This document shows positions 11,553-21,543 of a stretch of DNA of 64,000 nucleotides, piece after piece. The stretch lies in the NCBI GenBank assembly GCA_944350275.1, contig CALVOK010000011.1, positions 25,698 to 89,697 on the forward strand, read 5' to 3'. The stretch comes from an uncultured Clostridia bacterium (GTDB lineage Bacteria; Bacillota; Clostridia; Christensenellales; UBA1242). The translations under genes and the position numbers were made by a program. Below the pieces are notes generated by a model. That model ran no database searches and was not told the DNA's origin. It worked only from the letters and a program-made list of their open reading frames with translations. Position 1 is the first letter of the stretch. Each line of letters begins with the position of its first letter.

Positions 11553-11619
11553 TTTAAAAAAGGGGGAGATATATATTTTATCAATCCCTTTTTTATGTAT
11601 AAAGGAATAAGGAGAATTT

Positions 11620-13719
11620 ATGAAAGAAGATGCAAAAATTTATGAAATTGAAATAGGAAATAAAAAGGTTACATTTGAGACAGGTAGACTTTGCGAGCAA
11701 TCAAATGGAAGTTGTCTTGTTAAATGCGGAGAAACGGTAGTGATGGTAAATGTAACTATGTCCAAAGAACCAAGACCTGGAATTGACTTTTTCCCACTTC
11801 AAGTAGATTTTGAAGAAAAAATGTATTCGGTAGGGAAAATTCCAGGAGGTTTTAAAAAGAGAGAGGGAAAACCATCAGATAAAGCAATTCTCACTTCAAG
11901 ACTTATTGATAGACCTTTAAGACCACTTTTCCCAAAAGGGTTTTATCATGATGTTTGTGTAGTTGCAACTGCTCTCTCAGTTGACCCAGATGTTGCACCA
12001 GAGCCACTTGCAATGTTGGGGTCAAGTTTTGCATTGACAATATCAGATATACCATTTCAAGGACCTACAGGTTCAGTTCAAGTAGGACTTGTTGATGGTA
12101 AGTTTATAATCAATCCTAATAGTGACGAAAGAGAAAAATCTCTTATCCATTTAACAGTTTCTGGAACCGAGGATGCAGTATTAATGGTTGAGGCTGGTGC
12201 TAAGGAAGTACCAGAGGAAACCATGCTTGATGCAATTATGTTCGCTCATGAAGAAATAAAGAAAATAGTGCTTTTCCAAAAGAAAGTAAAAGAAGAAATT
12301 GGTAAACCAATAGCACAAGGACTTGTATACGATATAGTGCCACAAGAAATTGATAATGCGGTTAGAGAATACGCAAACGAAAAACTCGATTATGCTCTTG
12401 ATACTTTTGACAGACATGAAAGACAGGCAAGACAAGATGAAGTTGACAAAGATACTAAACAACACTTTGAAGAGATTTTCCCTGAAAGTGAAAAGGCAAT
12501 TTCTGATGTACTATACAAAATGACAAAAGAGAAAGTTAGAGCCAAAATTTTAAATCAGGGGATAAGACCTGATGGACGAAAACTTACTGAAATTAGACCT
12601 ATTTGGTGTGAAGTTGGTGTTCTTCCAAGAACTCATGGAAGTGCGATATTTACAAGAGGACAAACACAAGTTCTTACAACCTTAACCCTTGGTACTGTTT
12701 CAGATATGCAAAAACTTGAAGGGCTTGACGACGAAGAAGTAAATAGGTATGTTCACCATTACAATATGCCAGCATACGCAACAGGTGAGGCAAGAGGAAT
12801 TAAAAGTCCTGGACGAAGAGAAATTGGACATGGCGCTCTTGCAGAAAGAGCGTTAGAACCTGTAATTCCATCAGAAGAGGAGTTTCCATATGCTTTGAGA
12901 CTGGTTTCTGAAGTGTTATCCTCAAATGGTTCCTCATCAATGGCATCTGTATGCGGTTCAACTCTTGCATTAATGGATGGAGGTGTGCCTATTAAGAGGC
13001 CAGTTGCTGGAATTGCTATGGGACTTATAAAGGACGATGCAAGCGGTAAAGTTGCTGTTCTATCTGATATTCAAGGTCTTGAAGATTTTCTAGGCGATAT
13101 GGACTTTAAGGTTACAGGAACAGAAAAAGGTGTGACAGCAATTCAAATGGATATAAAAATTAAAGGAATTGACAAACAAATTCTTTCAACCGCCCTTAAG
13201 CAAGCAAGAGAGGGAAGGATGTTTATAATGAACAAACTTCTTGAAGAGATTAAGGCACCTAGAGAGGAACTGTCTAAATATGCTCCTAAAATTATAACAT
13301 TTACAATTGACCCTGATAAAATAAAAGATGTCATTGGAAGTGGCGGAAAGATGATAAATAAAATTATAGATGAAACAGGTGTTAAAATTGATATTGACGA
13401 TAATGGACAAGTATTTATAGCGACTCACGATATAGAAATGGCTGAAAAAGCCAAAAAGATTATCCTTGGTATTGTTGAAGATGTCGAGATTGGCGATGTC
13501 TATGATGCAAAAGTTGTGAGAATTATGAATTTTGGTGCATTTGTTGAGTTTGGAGGCAACAAAGAGGGTATGATTCATATCTCTAAACTTTCGAATAAGC
13601 GAGTTGCAAGGGTTGAAGATGTCGTTAATGTTGGCGATACTGTTGAAGTTGAAGTAATCAAGATTGATGATAAGGGACGCATAGATTTAAAGAGAATTAT
13701 TCCAAAGGACGAGAAGTAG
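11620..13719 (+). CDS. pnp: Polyribonucleotide nucleotidyltransferase (PNPase)
   Basis: Two RNase PH domains, KH domain, and S1 domain (VVRIMNFGAFVEF). 699 aa, downstream of rpsO. Confidence 0.96.
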   Translation: MKEDAKIYEIEIGNKKVTFETGRLCEQSNGSCLVKCGETVVMVNVTMSKEPRPGIDFFPLQVDFEEKMYSVGKIPGGFKKREGKPSDKAILTSRLIDRPLRPLFPKGFYHDVCVVATALSVDPDVAPEPLAMLGSSFALTISDIPFQGPTGSVQVGLVDGKFIINPNSDEREKSLIHLTVSGTEDAVLMVEAGAKEVPEETMLDAIMFAHEEIKKIVLFQKKVKEEIGKPIAQGLVYDIVPQEIDNAVREYANEKLDYALDTFDRHERQARQDEVDKDTKQHFEEIFPESEKAISDVLYKMTKEKVRAKILNQGIRPDGRKLTEIRPIWCEVGVLPRTHGSAIFTRGQTQVLTTLTLGTVSDMQKLEGLDDEEVNRYVHHYNMPAYATGEARGIKSPGRREIGHGALAERALEPVIPSEEEFPYALRLVSEVLSSNGSSSMASVCGSTLALMDGGVPIKRPVAGIAMGLIKDDASGKVAVLSDIQGLEDFLGDMDFKVTGTEKGVTAIQMDIKIKGIDKQILSTALKQAREGRMFIMNKLLEEIKAPREELSKYAPKIITFTIDPDKIKDVIGSGGKMINKIIDETGVKIDIDDNGQVFIATHDIEMAEKAKKIILGIVEDVEIGDVYDAKVVRIMNFGAFVEFGGNKEGMIHISKLSNKRVARVEDVVNVGDTVEVEVIKIDDKGRIDLKRIIPKDEK

Positions 13720-13744
13720 ATTTATATTATTTGGTAGAATAAAA

Positions 13745-13790
13745 GGACTATTATGTTATGAAACTATAACAAAAACATAATAGTCTTTTT
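13745..13790. terminator. Bidirectional intrinsic terminator between convergent pnp and the cysteine desulfurase gene
   Basis: GGACTATTATGTT-16 nt-AACATAATAGTCT stem, with an A-run before and a T-run after. The arms share ACTATTATG/CATAATAGT with the dispersed palindrome. Confidence 0.65.
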
Positions 13791-14932
13791 TAGTTATTGT
13801 CATAACTTTTTTTTATGTGTTTTAATGCAAAAATCAATCTTTGTATTTCAGAGAATGTATTGAAATAGGAAATTGACACTCTAACAGCACCTTGATTTAT
13901 AGTGCCAAGTGCTTTATGTTTTAATGGTGCACAGTGATAACCACTTCTTACACAAATATCATACTTTTCATTTAAAATGTTAGCAATTTCATTCGAATGT
14001 ATATTATTTATATTAAATGCAACAACCCCAAATGAATTTTCTGGATGAGTGTATGAGGTTATACCCATTTTTATTAATTCATAATTGAGGTAGGTTGTTA
14101 AGTCGTCTAGTTTATTTACAATTTCTTTAAAGTTTGCTTCGACGAAGTCTAAACCTGCGCCCAAACCTAAAATAAGCGGAGTGGAAATTGTTCCGCTTTC
14201 AAGTCTTTCTGGAAAAGTTTCTGGTTGAAAGAGTTCAAGTGAATTAGTTCCTGTTCCACCAAAAATGATTGGCTGAGGTCTATAATTGTCATTCATAACA
14301 AGTGCACCTATGCTTTGTGGTGCATAAAAACCTTTATGACCTGCAATGACTAGGTAATCAATGCATAGTTCTTTCATATCAATTTTTTCATGACCACAAC
14401 TTTGTGCACCATCCACAAGAAAGATTATGTTATGTTCTTTGCAAAATTTACCTATGCTCTGAATATCTGCCTTGCTTCCGTTTACATTTGAAATATGGTT
14501 ACATATGACCATGTAGGTATTTTCTTTTATGCACTTTTTAATGTCATCTAATGTTATTCCAATAGGATTTGACTGATATGCAACTGTGTATTCAATTTGT
14601 CCTTTTTGTCTTAGATGTTCAAGCGGACGCAAAACTGAATTATGTTCATTTTCTGTACATATAATGTGTCCTCCTTGCTTAACTGAACCGAGAATTGCTG
14701 TATTTAATGCCTGTGTGCAGTTCAAAGTAAAAACAACATTTTGTCCAGATGAGACATTGAAATGTTTTGCAATTTTTTCTCTTACTTCTTCTATTTTAAA
14801 TGCCACTCTTATGCTTGCTTTATGACCACTTCTACCAGGGTTGGCAGAATAATGTAACAGGCTTTCGCTGACCGCCTTGATAACCTCTTTAGGCTTTATA
14901 AATGTTGTTGCGCTATTATCTAAATAAATCAT
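13790..14932 (-). CDS. Class V aminotransferase-fold cysteine desulfurase family protein
   Basis: MIYLDNSATT N-terminus (ATG at 14932 preferred), PLP-lysine context AGHKGFYAP, and active-site Cys context SGYHCAPL. Confidence 0.8.
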   Translation of the reverse strand: MIYLDNSATTFIKPKEVIKAVSESLLHYSANPGRSGHKASIRVAFKIEEVREKIAKHFNVSSGQNVVFTLNCTQALNTAILGSVKQGGHIICTENEHNSVLRPLEHLRQKGQIEYTVAYQSNPIGITLDDIKKCIKENTYMVICNHISNVNGSKADIQSIGKFCKEHNIIFLVDGAQSCGHEKIDMKELCIDYLVIAGHKGFYAPQSIGALVMNDNYRPQPIIFGGTGTNSLELFQPETFPERLESGTISTPLILGLGAGLDFVEANFKEIVNKLDDLTTYLNYELIKMGITSYTHPENSFGVVAFNINNIHSNEIANILNEKYDICVRSGYHCAPLKHKALGTINQGAVRVSISYFNTFSEIQRLIFALKHIKKSYDNN

Positions 14933-15000
14933 TGTAAACATTCCTTTATAAATACAATATAGTGTTTAATAAGGGATTTTGTGCAAACAAAGGAGATTGA

Positions 15001-15258
15001 ATGATATATATAATTGCAGTTTTTACATCGAGAAACGAGACTTTGTACCTTGCTAATATGTTTAAATCAAATGGTTTATATTCTGATATTATAAATACTC
15101 CTAAAGAGGCAGGGCAGGCATGTGGAATTTCCGTACGATTTGATGAAAGAATGTTGCCTGTTGCTAGAAATTTTTTAAGGGCGAAGCCTTTCCGCTCGTT
15201 TTATGGTTTTTTCAAAGTATATTTAAATGGAAATACTAGAATGGTTGAAAGAATTTGA
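15001..15258 (+). CDS. DUF3343-like small protein (putative S/Se carrier)
   Basis: 85 aa with the pattern IIAVFTS...A..L...G......TPKEAGQACGISVRF, typical of DUF3343. Divergent from the cysteine desulfurase. Confidence 0.6.
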   Translation: MIYIIAVFTSRNETLYLANMFKSNGLYSDIINTPKEAGQACGISVRFDERMLPVARNFLRAKPFRSFYGFFKVYLNGNTRMVERI

Positions 15259-15374
15259 AATTTAATCTATTTGTTAAACTGAATTTGCCCATATGTAACT
15301 TATACTAAAAATGTTAATAAGAAAATATTGATAAATTAATGTATTTTTAATTTAAATATAAATAAAATAAATTT

Positions 15375-15914
15375 ATGAGGACGTCTTTTGTTTTGCTAAG
15401 TCTTTCACTATGCCTTGTCCTATTAGTCTATACTGTAGGATGCGTTTTTAATTACCTTTATCCGATGACCTATTGTCAAGAAATTTCAGATTATGCACAA
15501 CTTTATGATGTTGATAGTGCACTTGTTGCTTCAGTAATAAATACGGAAAGTGGTTTTAATGAAAAAGCGGTATCAAGTAAAGGAGCAGTTGGTCTTATGC
15601 AAATTATGCCTTCTACTGCAGAATGGATTTCGAAGTTGCTTGGAAAAGAATATAGCGACGAAAATCTCCTAGAGGCGAATTTTAATATTGAAATTGGAAC
15701 ATACTACTTAAGTTACTTGAAAAACTATTTTAAAAGTGAAGAACTTGCTCTTTGTGCATACAATGCAGGACAGGGGAATGTGAAAAATTGGCTTAATAAC
15801 ACAGAATATTCCCAAGACGGAAAGACACTTATCAAAATACCTTTTGAAGAGACGAAAAATTATTTGAATAAAGTTTACAAGAATTATCATTATTATAAAA
15901 ATAAGTATAAATAA
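15375..15914 (+). CDS. Lytic transglycosylase (SLT domain)
   Basis: N-terminal TM/signal segment; ESGFNEKAVSSKGAVGLMQIMPSTAEW catalytic region; AYNAGQGNV. Confidence 0.82.
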   Translation: MRTSFVLLSLSLCLVLLVYTVGCVFNYLYPMTYCQEISDYAQLYDVDSALVASVINTESGFNEKAVSSKGAVGLMQIMPSTAEWISKLLGKEYSDENLLEANFNIEIGTYYLSYLKNYFKSEELALCAYNAGQGNVKNWLNNTEYSQDGKTLIKIPFEETKNYLNKVYKNYHYYKNKYK

Positions 15915-15994
15915 TTGACTTATTTTTATTTTTGTGCTAATTTAGTATGTAAGTAAAAACGTTTGTTTTATATACTTTAAGATTAGGAGGTTGT

Positions 15995-17461
15995 ATGCAA
16001 GAGCAAACATTGTCTAGCGAGTTGGACATTAGAAAGAAGAAAATTGAGGATTTAAGAAGTATTGGAGAAATACCTTACAAGGAAAAATTTGAGAGAACTT
16101 GTACGATTTTAGAAGCGAGAGGAAAAGTCGGACAGTATGTAAAAATTGCTGGTAGGATAATTTTTAAACGAGTTATGGGCAAGTTTGGTTTTATCCAAAT
16201 ACGTGATATAAATGCAAAGATTCAAGTTTCTGTCGGTAGAAACGAACTTGATGAAAAGGCTTATGATTTTTACAAAAAAATGATTGACATTGCTGATTTT
16301 GTAGGTGTTGAGGGTGAGGTGTATCTAACTCAAACAGGCGAGGTGACAGTTAGAGCAGAAAAAGTAATACTTTTATCAAAAACGCTCAGGTCTCTTCCAG
16401 AGAAATTTCATGGATTAACTGACGCGGAGACAATTTATAGACAAAGATATCTTGATTTAATAACTAACGAAAAGTCTCGTCAGGTTTTTTTGACAAGAAG
16501 TAAAATAGAATCATTTGTAAGACGTTATCTTGAAGATAAAGGCTTTATAGAAGTGGAAACACCTGTTTTGCAGACAAGTGTATCTGGAGCAAGTGCAAAA
16601 CCATTTTTCACACATCATAATGCACTAGATATTGAGTGTAACCTGCGAATAGCAAAGGAAACATGGCTTAAGCAGTGCATTTGTGCTGGGTTTGATAGGG
16701 TTTTTGAAATGGGTAAAGATTTTAGGAATGAAGGAATGGACCCATCACATCTTCAGGAATTTACTCAAGTTGAATGGTATGCTTCATATTGGAACTATGA
16801 GGATAATATTAAATTCTTCTATACAATGGTAAACAAATTGCTTTTAGAGTGTCTTGGTACGACAAAAATAACTTATCAAGGTCAAGAAATAGAATTTGCA
16901 AGTGTATGGGCAAGAGTAAACTATGTTGAAAAGATGAATGAAATACTCGGTTTTGATTTCCTTGCAGAGAATGACGTTGATGAATTTAAAAAGAAGGTTG
17001 TCGAGAAGGGACTTTATTCTTACGGAGAACTTGAGGAGTGTAAAACTGTAAGAACATTGATAGACTATATTTATAAGAGAAAAATAAGAGCGGGGATTGT
17101 TAATCCAACAATAATTTACAATTATCCAGCAGTTCTTGTTCCGCTTGCAAGACGAAATGATAAGGATAATCGAATTGCTGATATGTTTCAAGTAGTTGCG
17201 GGCGGAGCAGAAATTGTAAAAGCATATTCAGAACTTGTTGACCCAATTTTACAAAGAGAATTACTAGAAAAGCAACTTGAGGAAAAGGCACTTGGAGATG
17301 ATGAAACAATGGATGTAGATGAAGATTTTCTGCTTTCAATGGAACATGGTATGCCACCAATATCTGGACTTGGTTTCGGTATTGATAGATTTGTTCAATT
17401 TATATTTGACTTGCCAAATATTAGAGATACTGTGCTTTTCCCACTTATGAAACAACAGTAA
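15995..17461 (+). CDS. lysS: Lysine--tRNA ligase (class II)
   Basis: OB-fold N-terminal domain and class II motifs (FRNEGMD, GLGFGIDRFV). 488 aa. Confidence 0.93.
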   Translation: MQEQTLSSELDIRKKKIEDLRSIGEIPYKEKFERTCTILEARGKVGQYVKIAGRIIFKRVMGKFGFIQIRDINAKIQVSVGRNELDEKAYDFYKKMIDIADFVGVEGEVYLTQTGEVTVRAEKVILLSKTLRSLPEKFHGLTDAETIYRQRYLDLITNEKSRQVFLTRSKIESFVRRYLEDKGFIEVETPVLQTSVSGASAKPFFTHHNALDIECNLRIAKETWLKQCICAGFDRVFEMGKDFRNEGMDPSHLQEFTQVEWYASYWNYEDNIKFFYTMVNKLLLECLGTTKITYQGQEIEFASVWARVNYVEKMNEILGFDFLAENDVDEFKKKVVEKGLYSYGELEECKTVRTLIDYIYKRKIRAGIVNPTIIYNYPAVLVPLARRNDKDNRIADMFQVVAGGAEIVKAYSELVDPILQRELLEKQLEEKALGDDETMDVDEDFLLSMEHGMPPISGLGFGIDRFVQFIFDLPNIRDTVLFPLMKQQ

Positions 17462-17571
17462 GTACAATAATAACAATTTTATAAAAGAATAAAAATCTTG
17501 AATTAAGTAAAAGTAAGGAACTGTTTTAGTTGTTTGACGTAAATACAAAAGACAATGTAAAAGAGAAAAAT

Positions 17572-18201
17572 ATGGACTTAAATGAATTTTATAGTGAATT
17601 GGATAATCTATTCCCTGAGCCTAAATGTGAACTAGAGTATAAAAGCACATATCAGTTACTGGTTGCCGTTATACTTTCTGCACAGTGTACAGATAGAAGA
17701 GTGAATATTGTGACAAAAGAGTTGTTTAAAGAGTATGATACACCAGAAAAAATGCTTAAATTGTCGCAAAGTGAACTTGAAAATAAAATACATTCAGTTG
17801 GATTTTATCACAACAAAGCAAAAAATATACTTTCTATGAGCAGAGACCTTATTGAAAAATTTAATGGAGAAGTGCCAAAGGATATTGAAAAATTACAAAC
17901 TCTTGCGGGAGTGGGACGTAAAACTGCAAATGTTGTTTTTTCTGAGGCATTTAAAGGAGATGCCATTGCAGTTGATACTCATGTACTGCGTGTTTCAAAT
18001 AGGTTAGGATTTGTAAAAACAGATAATCCATATAAATGCGAACTTGCTTTAATGAATCTTTTTGATAAGAGTAGGTGGGGAAAACTTCATCTTCAACTTG
18101 TTCATTTTGGAAGGTATATTTGCAAGGCAGTAAAACCTAAATGCTCTGAGTGTCCATTCACTAATAATTGCATCTATTATGCATTGCATAATACTAAATA
18201 A
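17572..18201 (+). CDS. nth: Endonuclease III
   Basis: HhH-GPD region (LAGVGRKTANVV, DTHV) and C-terminal 4Fe-4S cluster C..(6)..C..C..(5)..C. ATG at 17572 preferred. Confidence 0.88.
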   Translation: MDLNEFYSELDNLFPEPKCELEYKSTYQLLVAVILSAQCTDRRVNIVTKELFKEYDTPEKMLKLSQSELENKIHSVGFYHNKAKNILSMSRDLIEKFNGEVPKDIEKLQTLAGVGRKTANVVFSEAFKGDAIAVDTHVLRVSNRLGFVKTDNPYKCELALMNLFDKSRWGKLHLQLVHFGRYICKAVKPKCSECPFTNNCIYYALHNTK

Positions 18202-18237
18202 TGCATTATGTATGCAGGACATAATACTATATATTGT
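18174..18237 (-). repeat. Full 64-bp copy of the dispersed composite repeat (reverse orientation)
   Basis: The reverse complement aligns gap-free to 59279-59342 with 53/64 identities by hand alignment. The palindromic end lies within the last codons of nth. Confidence 0.8.
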
Positions 18238-18331
18238 AGTTATTTAAAGATAATTGCTAATACTTATCATGAAATATCCAAAATGAGTATTTAGGAAAAA
18301 GCAAAGAGTGCTAGAAAAGGGGTAAAATTAT

Positions 18332-19600
18332 ATGTTTCTTGACAGAGTAAAAATTTCAATAAAGGCTGGAAATGGTGGAAATGGTTCTACTTCTTTTTTG
18401 CGTAATGCAATGACTGCAAAGGGGGGTCCAGATGGTGGAGAAGGAGGTAAAGGTGGTGATGTGATTTTTAAGGCAACTCAATCACTTAATACCCTGTATG
18501 ATTTTCGTTTTCACAAAAAATTTATAGCAGAAAATGGCGAAAATGGCTCAAAAAAACTTAAGTCTGGCGCTAATGGCAAGAATATTGTAATTAGTGTGCC
18601 TTGTGGTACTGTTATTATTGATGCTAAAACAAATAAAGTAATTGCTGATTTAAATGAGGACGGCATGGAATTTGTTGCCCTGAAAGGAGGAAAAGGTGGG
18701 CATGGGAATGCATACTACAAGTCATCTATAAAACAGACTCCCCATTATTCTCAAACTGGGGAAATAACTGTTGCTCATGAAGTCATCCTTGAACTTAAAA
18801 CAATAGCAGATGTTGGTCTTGTTGGATTTCCAAATGTTGGAAAGTCTACTTTGCTGTCCTGCGTTTCAAATGCAAATCCTAAAATTGCAAATTATCCTTT
18901 TACAACTTTATATCCGAATCTTGCTGTTTGTGAAGTTAAAGGACAGACCTTTGTTGTAGCGGATATTCCAGGACTTATTGAGGGAGCAAGTGAAGGACAA
19001 GGTTTGGGACATTACTTTTTGAAACACGTAGAAAGAGTAAGACTTATTTTGCATTTAGTAGATATATCACAAAGTGATGGTAGGGATTTTATTAACGATT
19101 ATAAAATAATTAATAGCGAGTTAAAAAAATATAGTGAGGAACTTGTAAGGACACCTCAAATTGTAGTGTTTACTAAAGTTGACCTATTAGATGAAAAGAC
19201 TCTAACCGAAAGGCTTAATAGGTTTAACTCTAATGTGGGAGAAAGTTATATTTGTATATCAGGAGCAACATATCAGGGCATTGAAAATCTTAAACTTTTA
19301 ACACTAGAAAAACTAAGCAAAATTCCTAAAAAACCACCTTTATTAGTTGAAGATTATGACTTTGATAAGAGAGATTATTCTTCATTACAAATAACAAGAG
19401 ATGACGATGGTTCCTTTGTCGTTAGCGGTGGAAAGATTGATAATTTTATTCGAGGAGTAGTCCTTTCTGATACTAGGTCTTTTGCTTATTTTCAAAATAG
19501 GCTGCAAGAAATGGGTATTATAGATTTATTGAAAGAAAAAGGGCTCAAGAATGGAGGAATTGTCAAAATAAAAGATATAACATTTGAATATACTGAATAA
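18332..19600 (+). CDS. obg: GTPase Obg/CgtA
   Basis: Glycine-rich Obg fold (GNGGNGS, GGPDGGEGGKGG), G domain (GFPNVGKST, DIPGLIEGA), and C-terminal TGS-like OCT domain. Confidence 0.94.
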   Translation: MFLDRVKISIKAGNGGNGSTSFLRNAMTAKGGPDGGEGGKGGDVIFKATQSLNTLYDFRFHKKFIAENGENGSKKLKSGANGKNIVISVPCGTVIIDAKTNKVIADLNEDGMEFVALKGGKGGHGNAYYKSSIKQTPHYSQTGEITVAHEVILELKTIADVGLVGFPNVGKSTLLSCVSNANPKIANYPFTTLYPNLAVCEVKGQTFVVADIPGLIEGASEGQGLGHYFLKHVERVRLILHLVDISQSDGRDFINDYKIINSELKKYSEELVRTPQIVVFTKVDLLDEKTLTERLNRFNSNVGESYICISGATYQGIENLKLLTLEKLSKIPKKPPLLVEDYDFDKRDYSSLQITRDDDGSFVVSGGKIDNFIRGVVLSDTRSFAYFQNRLQEMGIIDLLKEKGLKNGGIVKIKDITFEYTE

Positions 19601-19689
19601 ATGATATCAATAGGAAGCATATTAAAACTAATCATATGAATTTTAAAATAGATTGTTATATAAATATAACTAAATATTAAGGAGAGTGT

Positions 19690-19986
19690 ATGATAACAAC
19701 TAAACAAAGAGCATATCTTAGAGGACTTGGAAATGCATTAGAACCTGTTATGCAGGTAGGAAAAGATGGGTTAAGTAAAAACTCTTTTGAGGCAATATCT
19801 AATCTATTAGAAGCAAGAGAATTAATAAAGATAAAGGTATTAAAAAATTCTAATTTTACTGCTAAAGAGATTATGTCTGAAATATGTAATAGCCTAGGTG
19901 CAGAGCCTGTGCAGGTTATTGGTAGTATAATAATTATTTATAAAAAATCTTCTAGAAAAGATTTCAAACATATTGAGTTATTATGA
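19690..19986 (+). CDS. yhbY: Ribosome assembly RNA-binding protein YhbY (CRM domain)
   Basis: 98 aa with LTTKQRAYLRGLGNALEPVMQVGKDGL and ELIKIKVL, typical of YhbY/YqeI. Confidence 0.82.
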   Translation: MITTKQRAYLRGLGNALEPVMQVGKDGLSKNSFEAISNLLEARELIKIKVLKNSNFTAKEIMSEICNSLGAEPVQVIGSIIIIYKKSSRKDFKHIELL

Positions 19987-20109
19987 CAAAATTTTAGTTC
20001 ATTGTTTTAGTAGGACATATTTTTGATAAGTTTATTTTATGATGGATGAGGAATAAAATCACTTGTTATATGTTCCTATTTTGCATGTGATTATATAAGG
20101 CTTTTAACA

Positions 20110-20910
20110 CTATAGTATTTCTTTATAAATTTTTTTGTTGGTGTTTTTGTTTGTAAGAGATATTAGAGAAAAGATAAGAAGAATGGATGCAAAAATGCTA
20201 TAATAAATATTAAAGGACACAAATAAACTTGCTATAAAAAGAATTGTTGCTGAGACAAAATATCCTTTTGATTTATCATAATTAAATGCAGATGAAAACA
20301 TATCTTTTAGTGTTGTCTTTGAAAATGACTCATTTGTAGTTATTTCAGGATAATAGTCATACTCTTTATAAAGATTTTGGTAGGTTTCATATTTATTTAA
20401 CAACAATATTTCAAAGTTATAATTTTTAAAACACTTTGAAAGATTTTTGTCGTAGTCATTACAAATAATGACAATTTTATCTAGTGGCTTTTTACAAGAC
20501 GAAATTAATAGAATCAAATCGTCTAAGTTAAATGTTTGAAACTTTAGATATGGGTAAAGAATTACGTGTGAGTTGTCTTGATGAGTAATGTATATATTTT
20601 TTTTACATTTAACTATGTTTTGATGCCTACTTTTTGCAAGTTTAAAGAAAAAATTGATATAGTTTGTATCACTTGCAAGAGAGTAAAACATTTTCTCAGC
20701 ATCTTCCTTTTCTTTTTGCTTTAAGTTTGTCTTAACTCCTTTTCTTTTACTTAGAAATAAAGATATTATTTCTATAATAACTGTCAAAGTAAAAGATATT
20801 AAAATTGATAGCCATACAGAATCTAGTATGTATCTAAGCCATATAAAGAAAACTAAAAATATTATAAAACACTTTATAAAGACCTGCAGTAAAAATAAAA
20901 TTTTTTTCAT
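20110..20910 (-). CDS. Hypothetical membrane protein, possibly with a degenerate restriction-endonuclease-like cytoplasmic domain
   Basis: TM helices at both ends. The central region loosely resembles Mrr/NERD-type folds; this is a weak impression only. The ATG at 20910 lies 6 nt after a TATAAT. Confidence 0.45.
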   Translation of the reverse strand: MKKILFLLQVFIKCFIIFLVFFIWLRYILDSVWLSILISFTLTVIIEIISLFLSKRKGVKTNLKQKEKEDAEKMFYSLASDTNYINFFFKLAKSRHQNIVKCKKNIYITHQDNSHVILYPYLKFQTFNLDDLILLISSCKKPLDKIVIICNDYDKNLSKCFKNYNFEILLLNKYETYQNLYKEYDYYPEITTNESFSKTTLKDMFSSAFNYDKSKGYFVSATILFIASLFVSFNIYYSIFASILLIFSLISLTNKNTNKKIYKEIL

Positions 20911-21039
20911 ATTCAAATTATAGACAAAATATTAAAAAAATAAACAAAAGTTTTGTCTTTATTTTTATACTTTAAAAATGATTTGACAATATACTTTATT
21001 TTAAGTATAATAGTTTATAATTATCTTATGGAGTTTAGT

Positions 21040-21372
21040 ATGGATGAACGTGTTTTAAATCTTTATGAATATTTAACTGAGAAAAAATGCAAGGATATAG
21101 CATTGTATGAAACTTTGACGGATGGTGAAAAACAATATATATTTATCTTATCTAATGCCAGTGTTGCAAGCAATAAAAAGTTCGCACAATCTTTTATGGA
21201 GGATATGCAACTTGAGGTTTATCCAGAGGGGTACCATAAGGGAGAGTGGATTGTTTTTGATTTTAACGACATAATAATTCATTCGTTTATTCCACCAATT
21301 CGTGAAAAGTATAGTTTGGATAAACTTTATCATTCTAAAAAAGTAACTTTAAACAAACAAAACAAAAAATAA
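21040..21372 (+). CDS. rsfS: Ribosome silencing factor RsfS (iojap family)
   Basis: KKCKDIALYE...YIFILSNAS...GEWIVFDFNDIIIHSF pattern. TTGACA-N17-TATAAT promoter at 20985-21010, and GGAG before the ATG at 21040. Confidence 0.8.
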   Translation: MDERVLNLYEYLTEKKCKDIALYETLTDGEKQYIFILSNASVASNKKFAQSFMEDMQLEVYPEGYHKGEWIVFDFNDIIIHSFIPPIREKYSLDKLYHSKKVTLNKQNKK

Positions 21373-21543
21373 GGCAAATTTGTTTTGTTTTTTTATGTTA
21401 TTATGTTAAACTTATATTGTCAGTTAAAGCATTTTGATATAATTTTACTTAGGTTTAAACTGATGTTAAAAACAGAGGAAGTGTGAATATAAGGCTTAAA
21501 TTTAATTCGGTATTTCCAAAAACTTATGTAACTAGGATGTGTT

